Below, one piece after another: positions 1 through 9,348 of a stretch of DNA of 64,000 bases (position 1 is its first letter; each line of letters starts with the position of its first letter). The notes below the pieces were generated by a model, which was given only the letters and a program-made list of their open reading frames with translations, was not told the DNA's origin and did no database searches. Both the position numbers and the translations under genes were made by a program. Source of the stretch: Bacteroidota bacterium (lineage in GTDB: Bacteria; Bacteroidota; Bacteroidia; Bacteroidales; GCA-2748055); assembly GCA_043797815.1 (NCBI GenBank), contig JAZDPG010000063.1, positions 226,406 to 290,405 of the forward strand. Reading direction: 5' to 3'.

Positions 1-32
1 AAAGAAACCTCAACGTTTAAATCCATCGAACC

Positions 33-1538
33 ATGAAAAAAGGCAAATACACCATTTCAATACTGCTTTTTGTTTCGATCATCATCGTGATCAACCTGTT
101 GTCCGGGCAGATCTTTTTCCGGTTGGATCTTACAGAAAACAAACAATATACCCTCAGCCACGCAACCAAAGAGATCCTGAGAAACCTTTCTGAACCTGTT
201 ACCGTGAAGGCTTATTTCAGCAAGGACATACCGGCACAGCTGATTAAAACCAGGAATGATTTCAGGGAGATGCTGGTGGAATTCGGAAAGATCTCCGGTC
301 AGAAGGTGGTATATGAGTTTATCAGTCCGAACGATGATGAATCCCGTGAGCAGGAAGCGATGCAGAATGGAATCCAGCCGGTGATGATCAATGTAAGGGA
401 GAAGGACCAGATGAAGCAGCAAAGGGCTTACATGGGAGCCGTTTTAAGCATGGGAGAACGCCAGGAGATCATACCCGTTGTAGAGCCGGGGCTTGCCATG
501 GAGTATACCCTTTCAACTGCCATAAAAAAGCTGGCAGTGATCCATAAGCCCGTGATTGGATTCCTGCAGGGACATGGAGAAGCCTCCCGGCGCGAACTGT
601 CCCAGGCGGGCCAGGAACTGAATGTCCTCTATGCAATTGAGGATATTCATGTCAATGACTCCACCCCCATTCCGGCAAATATCAAGTCGCTTGCCATTGT
701 TCGCCCTGCCGATACCATTCCTCCCGGGGTGTTTGATGAACTGGACCGTTATCTTGCCGGCGGAGGGAATGTATTCATTGCCATGAACCGGGTCAGCGGA
801 GATCTTCAGACAGGTTACGGGAGCGGACTTTCCACCGGACTGGAGTCTTGGCTGAGTGAAAAAGGACTGCATGTCAATGAGAATTTCCTTGTGGATGAAC
901 ACTGCATTTCTGCCACCATGCAACAGCAAATCGGAAATACCATCCAGCTTTCAAGCGTGGCCATTCCTTATATCCCCAGGGTGAACAGTTTTTCGGATCA
1001 TCCTGTTACCCAGGGATTGGAAGAGGTGATTTTCCCGTTTGCCAGCACCATGGATTTTATGGGGGATTCTGCCACAAAGTTCACGCCCCTGCTTTTTAGC
1101 TCCGGGCTGTCAGGAACCCAGGGGACTCCCACCTATTTTAATTTCCAGAGAAGGTGGACCATGGGAGATTTTCCATTAAAAAGTCAGGTGCTTGGGGGCG
1201 TTCTGGAGGAGACCGGACCGGAAGGAAGGCGTGGCAAAATGGTGGTCATTGGCGATGGTGATTTTGCTGTAAACAACAACGGACAGCAGGTGAACCCTGA
1301 TAATGTGAACCTCCTTGTCAACGGAATTGACTGGCTCAGTGATGATACCGGCCTGATTGAACTGCGGACCAAGGGTGTGAGTTCACGGCCCATCAAGCAG
1401 ATGGAGGACCATCAACGAGCGTTGATCAAATGGATCAATTTCCTGGTACCCATCCTCCTTGTGCTTGTGTATGGACTGTTCCGTTCCCAGCGCCGTAAAA
1501 ATCAGCGAATCAGGCGCATGGAAGTTAACTATTCATAA
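33..1538 (+). CDS. gldG: GldG-like gliding-motility-associated ABC transporter accessory protein
   Basis: 501-aa ORF. An N-terminal TM helix (ISILLFVSIIIVINLL) and a C-terminal TM helix (WINFLVPILLVLVYGLF) flank a large external domain, as in the ABC-type uncharacterised transport system / GldG family. It is followed by a DUF4340-type gene. gldA/gldF would lie upstream of the window. Confidence 0.7.
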   Translation: MKKGKYTISILLFVSIIIVINLLSGQIFFRLDLTENKQYTLSHATKEILRNLSEPVTVKAYFSKDIPAQLIKTRNDFREMLVEFGKISGQKVVYEFISPNDDESREQEAMQNGIQPVMINVREKDQMKQQRAYMGAVLSMGERQEIIPVVEPGLAMEYTLSTAIKKLAVIHKPVIGFLQGHGEASRRELSQAGQELNVLYAIEDIHVNDSTPIPANIKSLAIVRPADTIPPGVFDELDRYLAGGGNVFIAMNRVSGDLQTGYGSGLSTGLESWLSEKGLHVNENFLVDEHCISATMQQQIGNTIQLSSVAIPYIPRVNSFSDHPVTQGLEEVIFPFASTMDFMGDSATKFTPLLFSSGLSGTQGTPTYFNFQRRWTMGDFPLKSQVLGGVLEETGPEGRRGKMVVIGDGDFAVNNNGQQVNPDNVNLLVNGIDWLSDDTGLIELRTKGVSSRPIKQMEDHQRALIKWINFLVPILLVLVYGLFRSQRRKNQRIRRMEVNYS

Positions 1539-1555
1539 CAAATCATATAAAGGCC

Positions 1556-2533
1556 ATGCGTGGAAAGATCAATAACCGAACCCTGTTGCTGGTGCTTCTG
1601 GTTTTTATCACACTATTTGTAATCAGCAGATTTACTTCCTTGAAAAAACCGGACCGTACCCTGAAGGCCAATCTTATACAGATTGATACCAGCCGGGTAT
1701 CCTCCATTCTGCTGTACCCTGAAGCGGAAAAGGGAAAACAGCTGGAATTCAACAAAACAAACACCTCCTGGACCGTATCCCGGGAGGGAATTTCTGCACC
1801 CGCAGATGCAGGTGCAGTGAAAAACACCCTTTCTGAACTTCAGAATTTAAAAGCAGAACAACTGGTGGCCCTCTCTCCTGAAAACTGGATCGAATACCAG
1901 GTTGAGGACAGTTCCGGGACCAGGGTGGTATTGAAGGAGGGAAAAAAGGTGACCCTGGATTTGATCGTGGGCAGGTTTCAATACCAGCCGCCTCCCCAGA
2001 GCAGTTATTCGCCCTATGCACAAAACAGGGGGATTGGCAAAACCTATGTGAGGCTTTCCGGCGAGAACGAAGTTTATTCGGTCAATGGCTTTTTGTCCAT
2101 GAGCCTGAACCAGGAGTTTTCCCGTTGGAGGAACCGGACCATCTCCCGCATGAATTCATCAGGCATCACAAGAATTGTGTTTGATTATCCTGCCGACTCC
2201 GGATTTGTGGCCCAAAGAAGTGAGGCAGGATGGATGGTTTCAGGAATCCTTGCAGATTCAAGCAGCATGGCCAAATACCTGCAGCGGAGCACCAGCAAAA
2301 CCCATTCCCGGTTCGCTGATGGTTTTCAGCCCGGACAAGAGCCCGACTATTCGCTGGTTTTCGAAGGGGATAACATGAAGCCGCAACAGATCAAAGCTTT
2401 TGCGCAAGAGGATGGTTCGATCATCCTGAACAGCAGCTTCAATCCTGGGACCTGGTTTTTGTTCGAAGACAGGGAACTGATCATGGACCTGTTCCCGGCC
2501 TACGGGAAGCTGATCTCCGGAGAAAACTCCTGA
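1556..2533 (+). CDS. DUF4340-like protein (GldG-associated)
   Basis: 325-aa ORF 17 nt after the gldG-like gene, with an N-terminal signal anchor (LLLVLLVFITLFVI). GldG followed by a DUF4340 gene is the conserved order as I recall it. No catalytic motifs seen. Confidence 0.5.
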   Translation: MRGKINNRTLLLVLLVFITLFVISRFTSLKKPDRTLKANLIQIDTSRVSSILLYPEAEKGKQLEFNKTNTSWTVSREGISAPADAGAVKNTLSELQNLKAEQLVALSPENWIEYQVEDSSGTRVVLKEGKKVTLDLIVGRFQYQPPPQSSYSPYAQNRGIGKTYVRLSGENEVYSVNGFLSMSLNQEFSRWRNRTISRMNSSGITRIVFDYPADSGFVAQRSEAGWMVSGILADSSSMAKYLQRSTSKTHSRFADGFQPGQEPDYSLVFEGDNMKPQQIKAFAQEDGSIILNSSFNPGTWFLFEDRELIMDLFPAYGKLISGENS

Positions 2534-2557
2534 TCTTCATCTCCCCCGGTCATGGCA

Positions 2558-5161
2558 TCAAGTGCCTGACCGGGAAAAGACGATCTGTCCGTTTTCCACA
2601 TCGATGATGGTATGGGTGTCCGCCTGCACCTTCCCTTCCAGCATGGCAATGGAAAGCTGGTTGAGGATCTTCTTCTGGACCAGTCTTTTCAGCGGCCTTG
2701 CCCCGAACTGCAGGTCAAAGCCTTCCTGCTTCAAAAAGGAGAAACAGCGGTCTGTCACCTCAAAGGTGATTTGCTGCTTCTGAAGTTTTGTCCGGAGCAG
2801 GTTCAGTTGTATGCGCAGAATCCCTTCCATGTCCTCCATGGTCAGGGGCCGGAACATGACCAATTCATCAATGCGGTTCAGAAATTCGGGCCGGAGATTG
2901 CGCTTCAAAAGTTCAAATACCTGCAATCTCGATTTTTCAAAAACCTGATCGATGGCACCCTCTTCCACATCTGAAAGATTTTGCTGAAGGATTTCCGAAC
3001 CCAGGTTTGAGGTCATGATAATGATGGTATTCTTGAAGTTGGCCACCCGGCCTTTGTTGTCGGTCAGCCGGCCATCCTCCAGCACCTGAAGCAGGATATT
3101 GAAAGTATCGGGATGTGCTTTTTCGATTTCATCCAGCAGGACGACAGAGTAAGGTTTTCTCCGGACCGCTTCAGTGAGTTGTCCTCCCTCTTCATACCCC
3201 ACATATCCCGGGGGAGCCCCCACCAGCCTGGATACAGCATGCCTTTCCTGGTACTCGCTCATGTCAATGCGCGTGATCAGTCTTTCGTCATTGAACAGGT
3301 ATTCGGCCAGCGCTTTGGCCAGCTCGGTTTTGCCCACGCCTGTGGTTCCCAGGAAGAGAAACGAACCGATGGGTCTCTGTTCATCTGAAAGACCGGTCCG
3401 GCTCCGCCGGATCGCTGCCGATACGGCCCCGATGGCCTCCTCCTGACCCACAACGCGTTTTTGGAGCTCTTTTTCAATATGCAAAAGTTTCTCTTTGTCA
3501 CTTTGAAGCATTCGTTTCACCGGTACACCGGTCCACCGCGAAACCACCTCTGCAATATCTTCGGCTGTGATCTCCTCCCTGACCATGCGTTGCCCGTCCT
3601 TTTCATACGCCTGCAGTTTGCCGATGCTGGAAGCCAGTTCAGCTTCTGCTGCCGGCAGCTGACCGTAGCGAATTTCAGCCACTGTACCCAGGTCACTTTC
3701 CCTTTCCGCCTTTTCGGCCCGGTAGCGGAGCTGCTCGATCGACTGTTTACTCTTTTGTATTTTTTCTACCACCGATTTCTCTTCCACCCAGTTGGCCATC
3801 AGCTGTTTGTGTTCATCTTCCAGATCGGCGACCTGCCGGGAAATTTGTTCCACCCGGGTTTTGTCCTTTTCCCTTTTAAAGGCCTCCCTTTCAATTTCCA
3901 GCTGCTGGATTTTCCGCTCCAGGATATCAATAGACACAGGTTTGGAATTCATTTCCAGACGAAGGTGGGCTGCAGATTCATCTATCAGGTCGATGGCTTT
4001 ATCGGGAAGGAAACGATCTGTAATATAGCGGACGGAAAGCTGAACCGCTGCAATGATGGCCTCATCCCTGATCCGGATTTTGTGAAAATTCTCATACTTT
4101 TCCTTGATGCCGCGGAGAATGGAAATGGCATCTTCCTCACCCGGTTCATCGATAAGGATTTTCTGGAAACGGCGTTCCAGGGCTTTGTCTTTTTCAAAAT
4201 ACTTCTGGTATTCATTCAGTGTTGTTGCACCGATGGCCCTGAGTTCCCCCCTTGCAAGCGCCGGTTTGAGGATGTTGGCGGCGTCCATGGCTCCCTCTCC
4301 GCCTCCGCCGGCTCCTACGAGTGTGTGGATTTCATCAATGAACAATACGATTTCACCCTCCGATCCGATCACCTCCTTTACTACCGCCTTGAGGCGTTCC
4401 TCAAATTCTCCCTTGTACTTGGCCCCCGCAATCAGGGCTCCCATGTCGAGGGAGTATATCTGCTTGGACAGCAGGTCGTCCGGGACATCTCCGTTTACAA
4501 TCCTGAGCGCAATCCCTTCGGCAATGGCCGTCTTTCCCACGCCCGGCTCACCCACAAGGATGGGATTGTTTTTTGTGCGGCGTGTCAGGATCTGAAGGAC
4601 CCGGCGGATCTCTTCATCCCTTCCGATCACCGGGTCCAGGTTGCCCGATCCGGCCCGTTCATTCAGGTGAACAGCGTATTTGTCCAGGGCATTGTATGAT
4701 TCTTCGGATGAGCGGGTGTGAACCCGGCTTCCTTTGCGCAGCTCCCTGATGGACTCCCTTAGCTCTTTTTCATTCATACCGGCGTCTTTCAGCATGCTGC
4801 TCACCTGGTTTCCCGTGCGAAGGATTCCAAGAAGCAGGTGCTCCAGGGCAATGTATTCATCTCCGAATTCCTTCAGGGCCGATTGTGCTTTATTGAGCGC
4901 CTTTCCGGCCTCCTGGGAAAAATAGGATTCGGCACCCGAAACTTTCGGATGTTGTTTGATCATCTGGTCGAGGGACTTTTCCACCAGGGCCCCATTCATG
5001 GAGAGTTTCTTCATGATAAACGGGAACACGTTCTCATCCACTTCGAGTATTCCCTTGAGCAGGTGGGTGCATTCGATGGACTGATGCTGAAGCTCCATGG
5101 CGATTTGCTGAGCCTGCTGAACAGCCTCCTGTGCTTTGATGGTAAATTTATCTGGTTCCAT
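2558..5161 (-). CDS. clpB: ATP-dependent chaperone ClpB
   Basis: 867 aa. It has a Clp_N-type N-terminus, two AAA+ modules with Walker A motifs GEPGVGKT and GTTGVGKT, and a long charged coiled-coil middle domain between them. Length and layout match ClpB rather than ClpA/ClpC. Confidence 0.95.
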   Translation of the reverse strand: MEPDKFTIKAQEAVQQAQQIAMELQHQSIECTHLLKGILEVDENVFPFIMKKLSMNGALVEKSLDQMIKQHPKVSGAESYFSQEAGKALNKAQSALKEFGDEYIALEHLLLGILRTGNQVSSMLKDAGMNEKELRESIRELRKGSRVHTRSSEESYNALDKYAVHLNERAGSGNLDPVIGRDEEIRRVLQILTRRTKNNPILVGEPGVGKTAIAEGIALRIVNGDVPDDLLSKQIYSLDMGALIAGAKYKGEFEERLKAVVKEVIGSEGEIVLFIDEIHTLVGAGGGGEGAMDAANILKPALARGELRAIGATTLNEYQKYFEKDKALERRFQKILIDEPGEEDAISILRGIKEKYENFHKIRIRDEAIIAAVQLSVRYITDRFLPDKAIDLIDESAAHLRLEMNSKPVSIDILERKIQQLEIEREAFKREKDKTRVEQISRQVADLEDEHKQLMANWVEEKSVVEKIQKSKQSIEQLRYRAEKAERESDLGTVAEIRYGQLPAAEAELASSIGKLQAYEKDGQRMVREEITAEDIAEVVSRWTGVPVKRMLQSDKEKLLHIEKELQKRVVGQEEAIGAVSAAIRRSRTGLSDEQRPIGSFLFLGTTGVGKTELAKALAEYLFNDERLITRIDMSEYQERHAVSRLVGAPPGYVGYEEGGQLTEAVRRKPYSVVLLDEIEKAHPDTFNILLQVLEDGRLTDNKGRVANFKNTIIIMTSNLGSEILQQNLSDVEEGAIDQVFEKSRLQVFELLKRNLRPEFLNRIDELVMFRPLTMEDMEGILRIQLNLLRTKLQKQQITFEVTDRCFSFLKQEGFDLQFGARPLKRLVQKKILNQLSIAMLEGKVQADTHTIIDVENGQIVFSRSGT

Positions 5162-5558
5162 TTCCTTTGGTCTTTAATTCACTGTTTTCTTGTTCTGTTC
5201 TCTTTGATCAAAAGGCGAGCCGTTTTTAGGGTGACCAGGCAGGTATTATTTTGAAACCGTCTCAAAACCTCACAAACAAAGAGATGGCGTGTTAAGCCAT
5301 GTTTGGGAGACGTACAAAACATGACAATATGACAGTTTTTAAAACCCATATATCATGACATAATGACGCCAATATCGTGGTTGAAATCTAAAAAAATGTT
5401 AAATAAGCACCTGAACCTTTGTCATATACTGACTTTTTTTCATTTAGGATCCGATGGCACGCAAATTGAAAATGAAAATGTGCACAGTCCGAGGTGCAAC
5501 AACAAAAAAATGTTTAACAAACGCGTAACAAACGCATTAAAAAATGGAGGGTAAAACC

Positions 5559-6011
5559 ATGACACTTGCAAGATTATCTGACAATTTGAATCCTACGTTC
5601 CCTTCAATATTTAACAGGTTTTTTGAAGGGGACCTGATGGATTGGTCCAACGCAAACTATGCCGGTTCCAATTCAACGCTTCCGGCAGTGAACATCAGGG
5701 AGAATGACAATGAATTTCTCATTGATGTGGCAGCTCCGGGAATGAACAAGGAGCAGATCAACGTGGATTATGAAAACGGGCGGCTGACCATCTCTTCCGA
5801 AAGAAAAGAGGAGAAGAAAGGGAAATCGGAAGACAAATATACCCGCCGGGAATTCAGCTACATGGCCTTTCAAAGGACCTTTACCATTCCCGAAAATCAT
5901 GTGGATGGGGACAAAATCCATGCCAGCTACACCGATGGTATTCTTCACGTTGTCTTGCCCAAAAGGGAAGAAGTCAAGCCGAAACCGGCAAGACAGATTA
6001 AGATCAGTTAA
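5559..6011 (+). CDS. Hsp20/alpha-crystallin small heat-shock protein
   Basis: Alpha-crystallin domain (PAVNIRENDNEFLIDVAAPGM...GILHVVLPK). The track ORF starts at 5544, but the GGAGGG at 5546-5551 lies 7-8 nt before the ATG at 5559, so 5559 is the more likely start. Divergent from clpB. Confidence 0.85.
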   Translation: MTLARLSDNLNPTFPSIFNRFFEGDLMDWSNANYAGSNSTLPAVNIRENDNEFLIDVAAPGMNKEQINVDYENGRLTISSERKEEKKGKSEDKYTRREFSYMAFQRTFTIPENHVDGDKIHASYTDGILHVVLPKREEVKPKPARQIKIS

Positions 6012-6020
6012 ATTCAGGAG

Positions 6021-6038
6021 CAAAAGGGTACCCTTTTG
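6021..6038. terminator. Palindromic hairpin between convergent hsp20 and the oxidoreductase gene
   Basis: CAAAAGGGTACCCTTTTG is a perfect palindrome (AAAAGG-GTAC-CCTTTT) with A/T runs on both sides, placed between two convergent gene ends. Candidate bidirectional intrinsic terminator. Confidence 0.4.
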
Positions 6039-6082
6039 ACACACGCTTTTACTTTTGTGCCAGCTTCTGGATAAATCGGACC

Positions 6083-7489
6083 TTACAGGCTCCAGCCCTC
6101 CCTGAATTTTCGCATGACAAATTCGTTTGCCGGATCAAAATTGGTGATTTTCATATTTTCGGCATCCCACAGCAACTTCTTCCTGCCGGGATAGGATGAA
6201 TTACCTGCTTCGCTGGTCTCCAGCTGGTAGCTGCGGATTGCCAGGTTACCCATCAAAACAGCCTCCGTAAACGGACCGGCATAGGCGAAGGCCGAACTCA
6301 GGTCCGATTCCCCGTAACCCTTCATACAGGCCTCCACCCAGGCCACATAATGTCCTTCGGGGACCCGTTTTTCAGTTCTTGGAATGGCATCAATTTCGTT
6401 CATCAGGGTTTGGGGCAAAAGCACGGGCCTTTCGGTGTGATTGTCAATCATGATCCCCTTGCTGCCTTCAAAGATCACACCGTTGCTTAAATCGCCGGTA
6501 TTGTCCCTGGGTGATAATTCCGCGGGCATTTGCGGACGCAGGCCGCCATCCATCCATGTGAGGTCCACCATACCTTTCCCGTCGGTACGGGGGAATTTTA
6601 AATGGGTAATGGACGAGGACGGACAGCTTTCGGTATAATGGGCTATCCTGAAAAAGCCTTCATAGGCCGTGGTTGCACTGCATTCGACTTCGGTGGGATA
6701 ATCGATGGGCAGGATTCTGAATATGGGATCCATGTTGTGGCAGGCCATGTCGCCCAGCGCCCCGGTCCCGAATCTCCACCAGCCCCGCCAGTTGAAGGGA
6801 AGGTAGGCCGGATTGTAATCGATGTATTCTGCAGGTCCCAGCCACAGGTCCCAGTCCAGTTCACCGGGAATATCATGTTTACCTGTGGGTGCAGGGATGC
6901 CCTGGGGCCAGACCGGCCTGTCGGTCCATGCCCAGACCCTGGAAACCTCCCCGATCAATCCCGCATCCACAATTTCTTTCATTCTTCGAACGGGTTCACC
7001 GGAGGCCCCCTGGTTCCCCATCTGGGTAACCACCTCGTATCTTTTGGCCGCCAGGGTCAAAGCCCGGGCTTCACCAATGCTGTAGGTAAGCGGTTTTTGC
7101 ACGTAGACATGTTTGCCCAGTTGCATGGCAGCCATGGCAGCCACTGCATGGGTATGATCCGGGGTGGAGACGGTGACCGCATCAATGTGTTTATGCTCTT
7201 TGTCAAGCATTTCCCTGAAATCACGATGGTATTTTGCATCGGGGAAATTCTTCCTGGAATTCACCGCCATGCGGTCATCCACATCGCAAAGCAGGGATAT
7301 TTTTGCATGCTTGCTCTCTGCGCAGGAGGTCAGGTCTGATTCTCCTTTCCCTCCAATGCCGATTCCGGCGATGTAGACCGTATCACTGGGAGCAACATAC
7401 CCGGTACCCCCGAGGACAAACCTTGGAACAATGGTGAATACGGAGGCTGCGCCGGTCGTCTTGATGAAGCTTCTTCTGTCGGTTTTCAT
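6083..7489 (-). CDS. Gfo/Idh/MocA family oxidoreductase with twin-arginine signal
   Basis: 468 aa. N-terminal Tat-type signal (MKTDRRSFIKTTGAASVF), a Rossmann-type GIGIGGKG segment, and overall Gfo/Idh/MocA-like sequence. Confidence 0.75.
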   Translation of the reverse strand: MKTDRRSFIKTTGAASVFTIVPRFVLGGTGYVAPSDTVYIAGIGIGGKGESDLTSCAESKHAKISLLCDVDDRMAVNSRKNFPDAKYHRDFREMLDKEHKHIDAVTVSTPDHTHAVAAMAAMQLGKHVYVQKPLTYSIGEARALTLAAKRYEVVTQMGNQGASGEPVRRMKEIVDAGLIGEVSRVWAWTDRPVWPQGIPAPTGKHDIPGELDWDLWLGPAEYIDYNPAYLPFNWRGWWRFGTGALGDMACHNMDPIFRILPIDYPTEVECSATTAYEGFFRIAHYTESCPSSSITHLKFPRTDGKGMVDLTWMDGGLRPQMPAELSPRDNTGDLSNGVIFEGSKGIMIDNHTERPVLLPQTLMNEIDAIPRTEKRVPEGHYVAWVEACMKGYGESDLSSAFAYAGPFTEAVLMGNLAIRSYQLETSEAGNSSYPGRKKLLWDAENMKITNFDPANEFVMRKFREGWSL

Positions 7490-7500
7490 AATAGTTTGTT

Positions 7501-8481
7501 TTACCAGCCCAGCAGCCAGGCAAAGATCAGGGGAGCCACAATGGTGGCATCCGATTCAACAATGAACCGGGGGGTATCCACATCCAGCTTGCCCCAGGTA
7601 ATTTTCTCATTGGGCACTGCCCCTGAGTAGGAACCATAGCTGGTGGTTGAGTCCGAGATCTGGCAGAAATAACTCCAGAAGGGGGTGTCTGTTCTTTCCA
7701 GGTCCTGGTAAAGCATGGGTACCACGCAGATGGGAAAATCACCTGCAATTCCTCCGCCAATCTGGAAGAATCCGATACCGGTTTCCACTGTATTTTCCGT
7801 GTACCAGTCGGCCAGCCAAACCATGTATTCGATCCCCGACTTGATGGTTTGGGGCCTGAGTTCACTTTTGATGCAATAGGAGGCAAAAATATTCCCCATG
7901 GTGGAGTCTTCCCAGCCGGGAACCACAATGGGCAGGTTCTTTTCGGCGGCAGCCAGCATCCAGCTGTCTTCAGGATCGATCTGGTAGTATTGTTCCAATA
8001 CCCCTGAGCGGAGCAACTGGTACATGTACTCGTGAGGAAAATAGCGTTCCGAGCGGGTTTCAGCCCCCTTCCAGAGGTTGAAAATATGCTTTTGAAGGCG
8101 CCTGAAAGCCTCCTCCTCGGGGATACAGGTATCGGTAACGCGGTTCAGCCCATGGTTCATCAAATCCCGCTCCTGTTCCGGAGTCAGGTCACGGTACTCC
8201 GGGATCCGTTTGTAATGTTTGTGGGCCACCAGGTTCATCAGGTCCTCTTCCAGGTTTGCCCCTGTACAGGAGATAATATCCACCTTGCCCTTCCGGATCA
8301 TCTCGGCCAGTGATTTACCCAGTTCGGCTGTACTCATGGCCCCTGCAAGGGTCACCATCATTTTATTTCCCCTGTCAAGTTGTTCCTGATAAGCCTTCGC
8401 AGCATCTACCAGGGCCGCTGAATTAAAATGTTTGAAATGCCGGAGCATGAATTCACTGATGACGCCTTTTTGAACACTCAT
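7501..8481 (-). CDS. Deoxyhypusine synthase-like protein (possible homospermidine-type aminobutyl transferase)
   Basis: 326 aa. The sequence (…VTLAGAMSTAELGKSLAEMIRKGKVDIISCTGANLEEDL…) is of the deoxyhypusine synthase family. It is the last gene of an operon with arginine decarboxylase and agmatinase. Confidence 0.7.
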   Translation of the reverse strand: MSVQKGVISEFMLRHFKHFNSAALVDAAKAYQEQLDRGNKMMVTLAGAMSTAELGKSLAEMIRKGKVDIISCTGANLEEDLMNLVAHKHYKRIPEYRDLTPEQERDLMNHGLNRVTDTCIPEEEAFRRLQKHIFNLWKGAETRSERYFPHEYMYQLLRSGVLEQYYQIDPEDSWMLAAAEKNLPIVVPGWEDSTMGNIFASYCIKSELRPQTIKSGIEYMVWLADWYTENTVETGIGFFQIGGGIAGDFPICVVPMLYQDLERTDTPFWSYFCQISDSTTSYGSYSGAVPNEKITWGKLDVDTPRFIVESDATIVAPLIFAWLLGW

Positions 8482-8484
8482 TTC

Positions 8485-9348
8485 CTAAGATTTTTGAAGA
8501 CTGAATTTAAATGAAAGCAATTTATAGTATAGTTTTGCCACCAGGAAACCCGGGGCCTTCAGCCCTTTGATGGGGGCGAATTCAACAATATCAAAACCAA
8601 CTACTGTTTTTGCAGCGAAGACCTTTTTGAGATATACAAGCAGGGTATACCAGTCCATTCCTCCCGGTTCAGGAGTGCCCGTGGAAGGCATGATGGAAGG
8701 ATCCAGAACATCCAGATCGATGGTCAGGTAAACCCGATCGGTCATCAAGTCAATGGAGCGTTCCATCCAGGAGCTATTCCCATGGATCTGATGGGCGAAA
8801 AAACAGTGGTCAGGATTCAAAAACGGTTTCTCAGAGGTATCCATGCTTCGGATTCCGACCTGTACCAGGTTGGTCTCCCTGCTGGCGGCGTGCAGGGCAC
8901 AGGCATGGCTGTAAGGGGAGCCCAGGTACTCTTCCCTCAGATCTGCATGGGCGTCCAGTTGCAATACGGTCAGGTCTGAATATGCTTCCCGGAAGGCTTC
9001 AATAATGCCGATGCTTACGGAGTGTTCTCCACCGAAGAAGGTAAGGAACTTGCCGGTTTTAAGCAATTCACAGGACTTCAGCTTTACTGCTTCATAAACT
9101 GTTTCGGGAGAGGAGGATTCAGAAATTTCGTTCAGGATGTGGACGCCATGCTTATATACTTCCGAATCGGTTTCAATATCATAGATCTCCATGTTTTCAG
9201 CCGCTTCCAAAAAAGCCTCAAAACCGCCGTCGGCCCCCTTTCCCCAGGTGCTTGTACCGTCGTAGGGAATGGACTGAAGCAAAATGGCTGCCTGGTCAAA
9301 ATCTGTATTCCCGCTTTCAATACCGGCAAAGATTCTCGATTTACTCAT
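8485..9348 (-). CDS. speB: Agmatinase (ureohydrolase family)
   Basis: Ureohydrolase Mn-binding motifs are present: GGEHSVS, LDAHADL, DLDVLDPS. The track ORF extends to 9435, but the ATG at 9348 (MSKSRIFAGIESG…) overlaps the upstream gene's stop by 8 nt (ATGAGTAA) and gives a normal length. Confidence 0.85.
   Translation of the reverse strand: MSKSRIFAGIESGNTDFDQAAILLQSIPYDGTSTWGKGADGGFEAFLEAAENMEIYDIETDSEVYKHGVHILNEISESSSPETVYEAVKLKSCELLKTGKFLTFFGGEHSVSIGIIEAFREAYSDLTVLQLDAHADLREEYLGSPYSHACALHAASRETNLVQVGIRSMDTSEKPFLNPDHCFFAHQIHGNSSWMERSIDLMTDRVYLTIDLDVLDPSIMPSTGTPEPGGMDWYTLLVYLKKVFAAKTVVGFDIVEFAPIKGLKAPGFLVAKLYYKLLSFKFSLQKS

Noticed and set aside
2545-2574. 8-bp inverted repeat CCCGGTCA…TGACCGGG between the DUF4340 gene and clpB as a terminator
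   Set aside because: The right arm lies inside the clpB coding end, the loop is 14 nt, and no T-run follows on either strand. This is not a convincing intrinsic terminator.
3461-4699. 412-aa plus-strand ORF (with several shorter ones) inside clpB
   Set aside because: It is antisense to an unmistakable ClpB coding sequence. The peptide is low-complexity (F/L/P/R-rich) and has no motifs. This is a typical shadow ORF.
5363-5554. 63-aa ORF in the clpB-hsp20 intergenic region
   Set aside because: It is lysine/asparagine-rich and low in complexity. It overlaps the hsp20 ribosome-binding region and sits on the repeated TGACA motifs. More likely promoter DNA.
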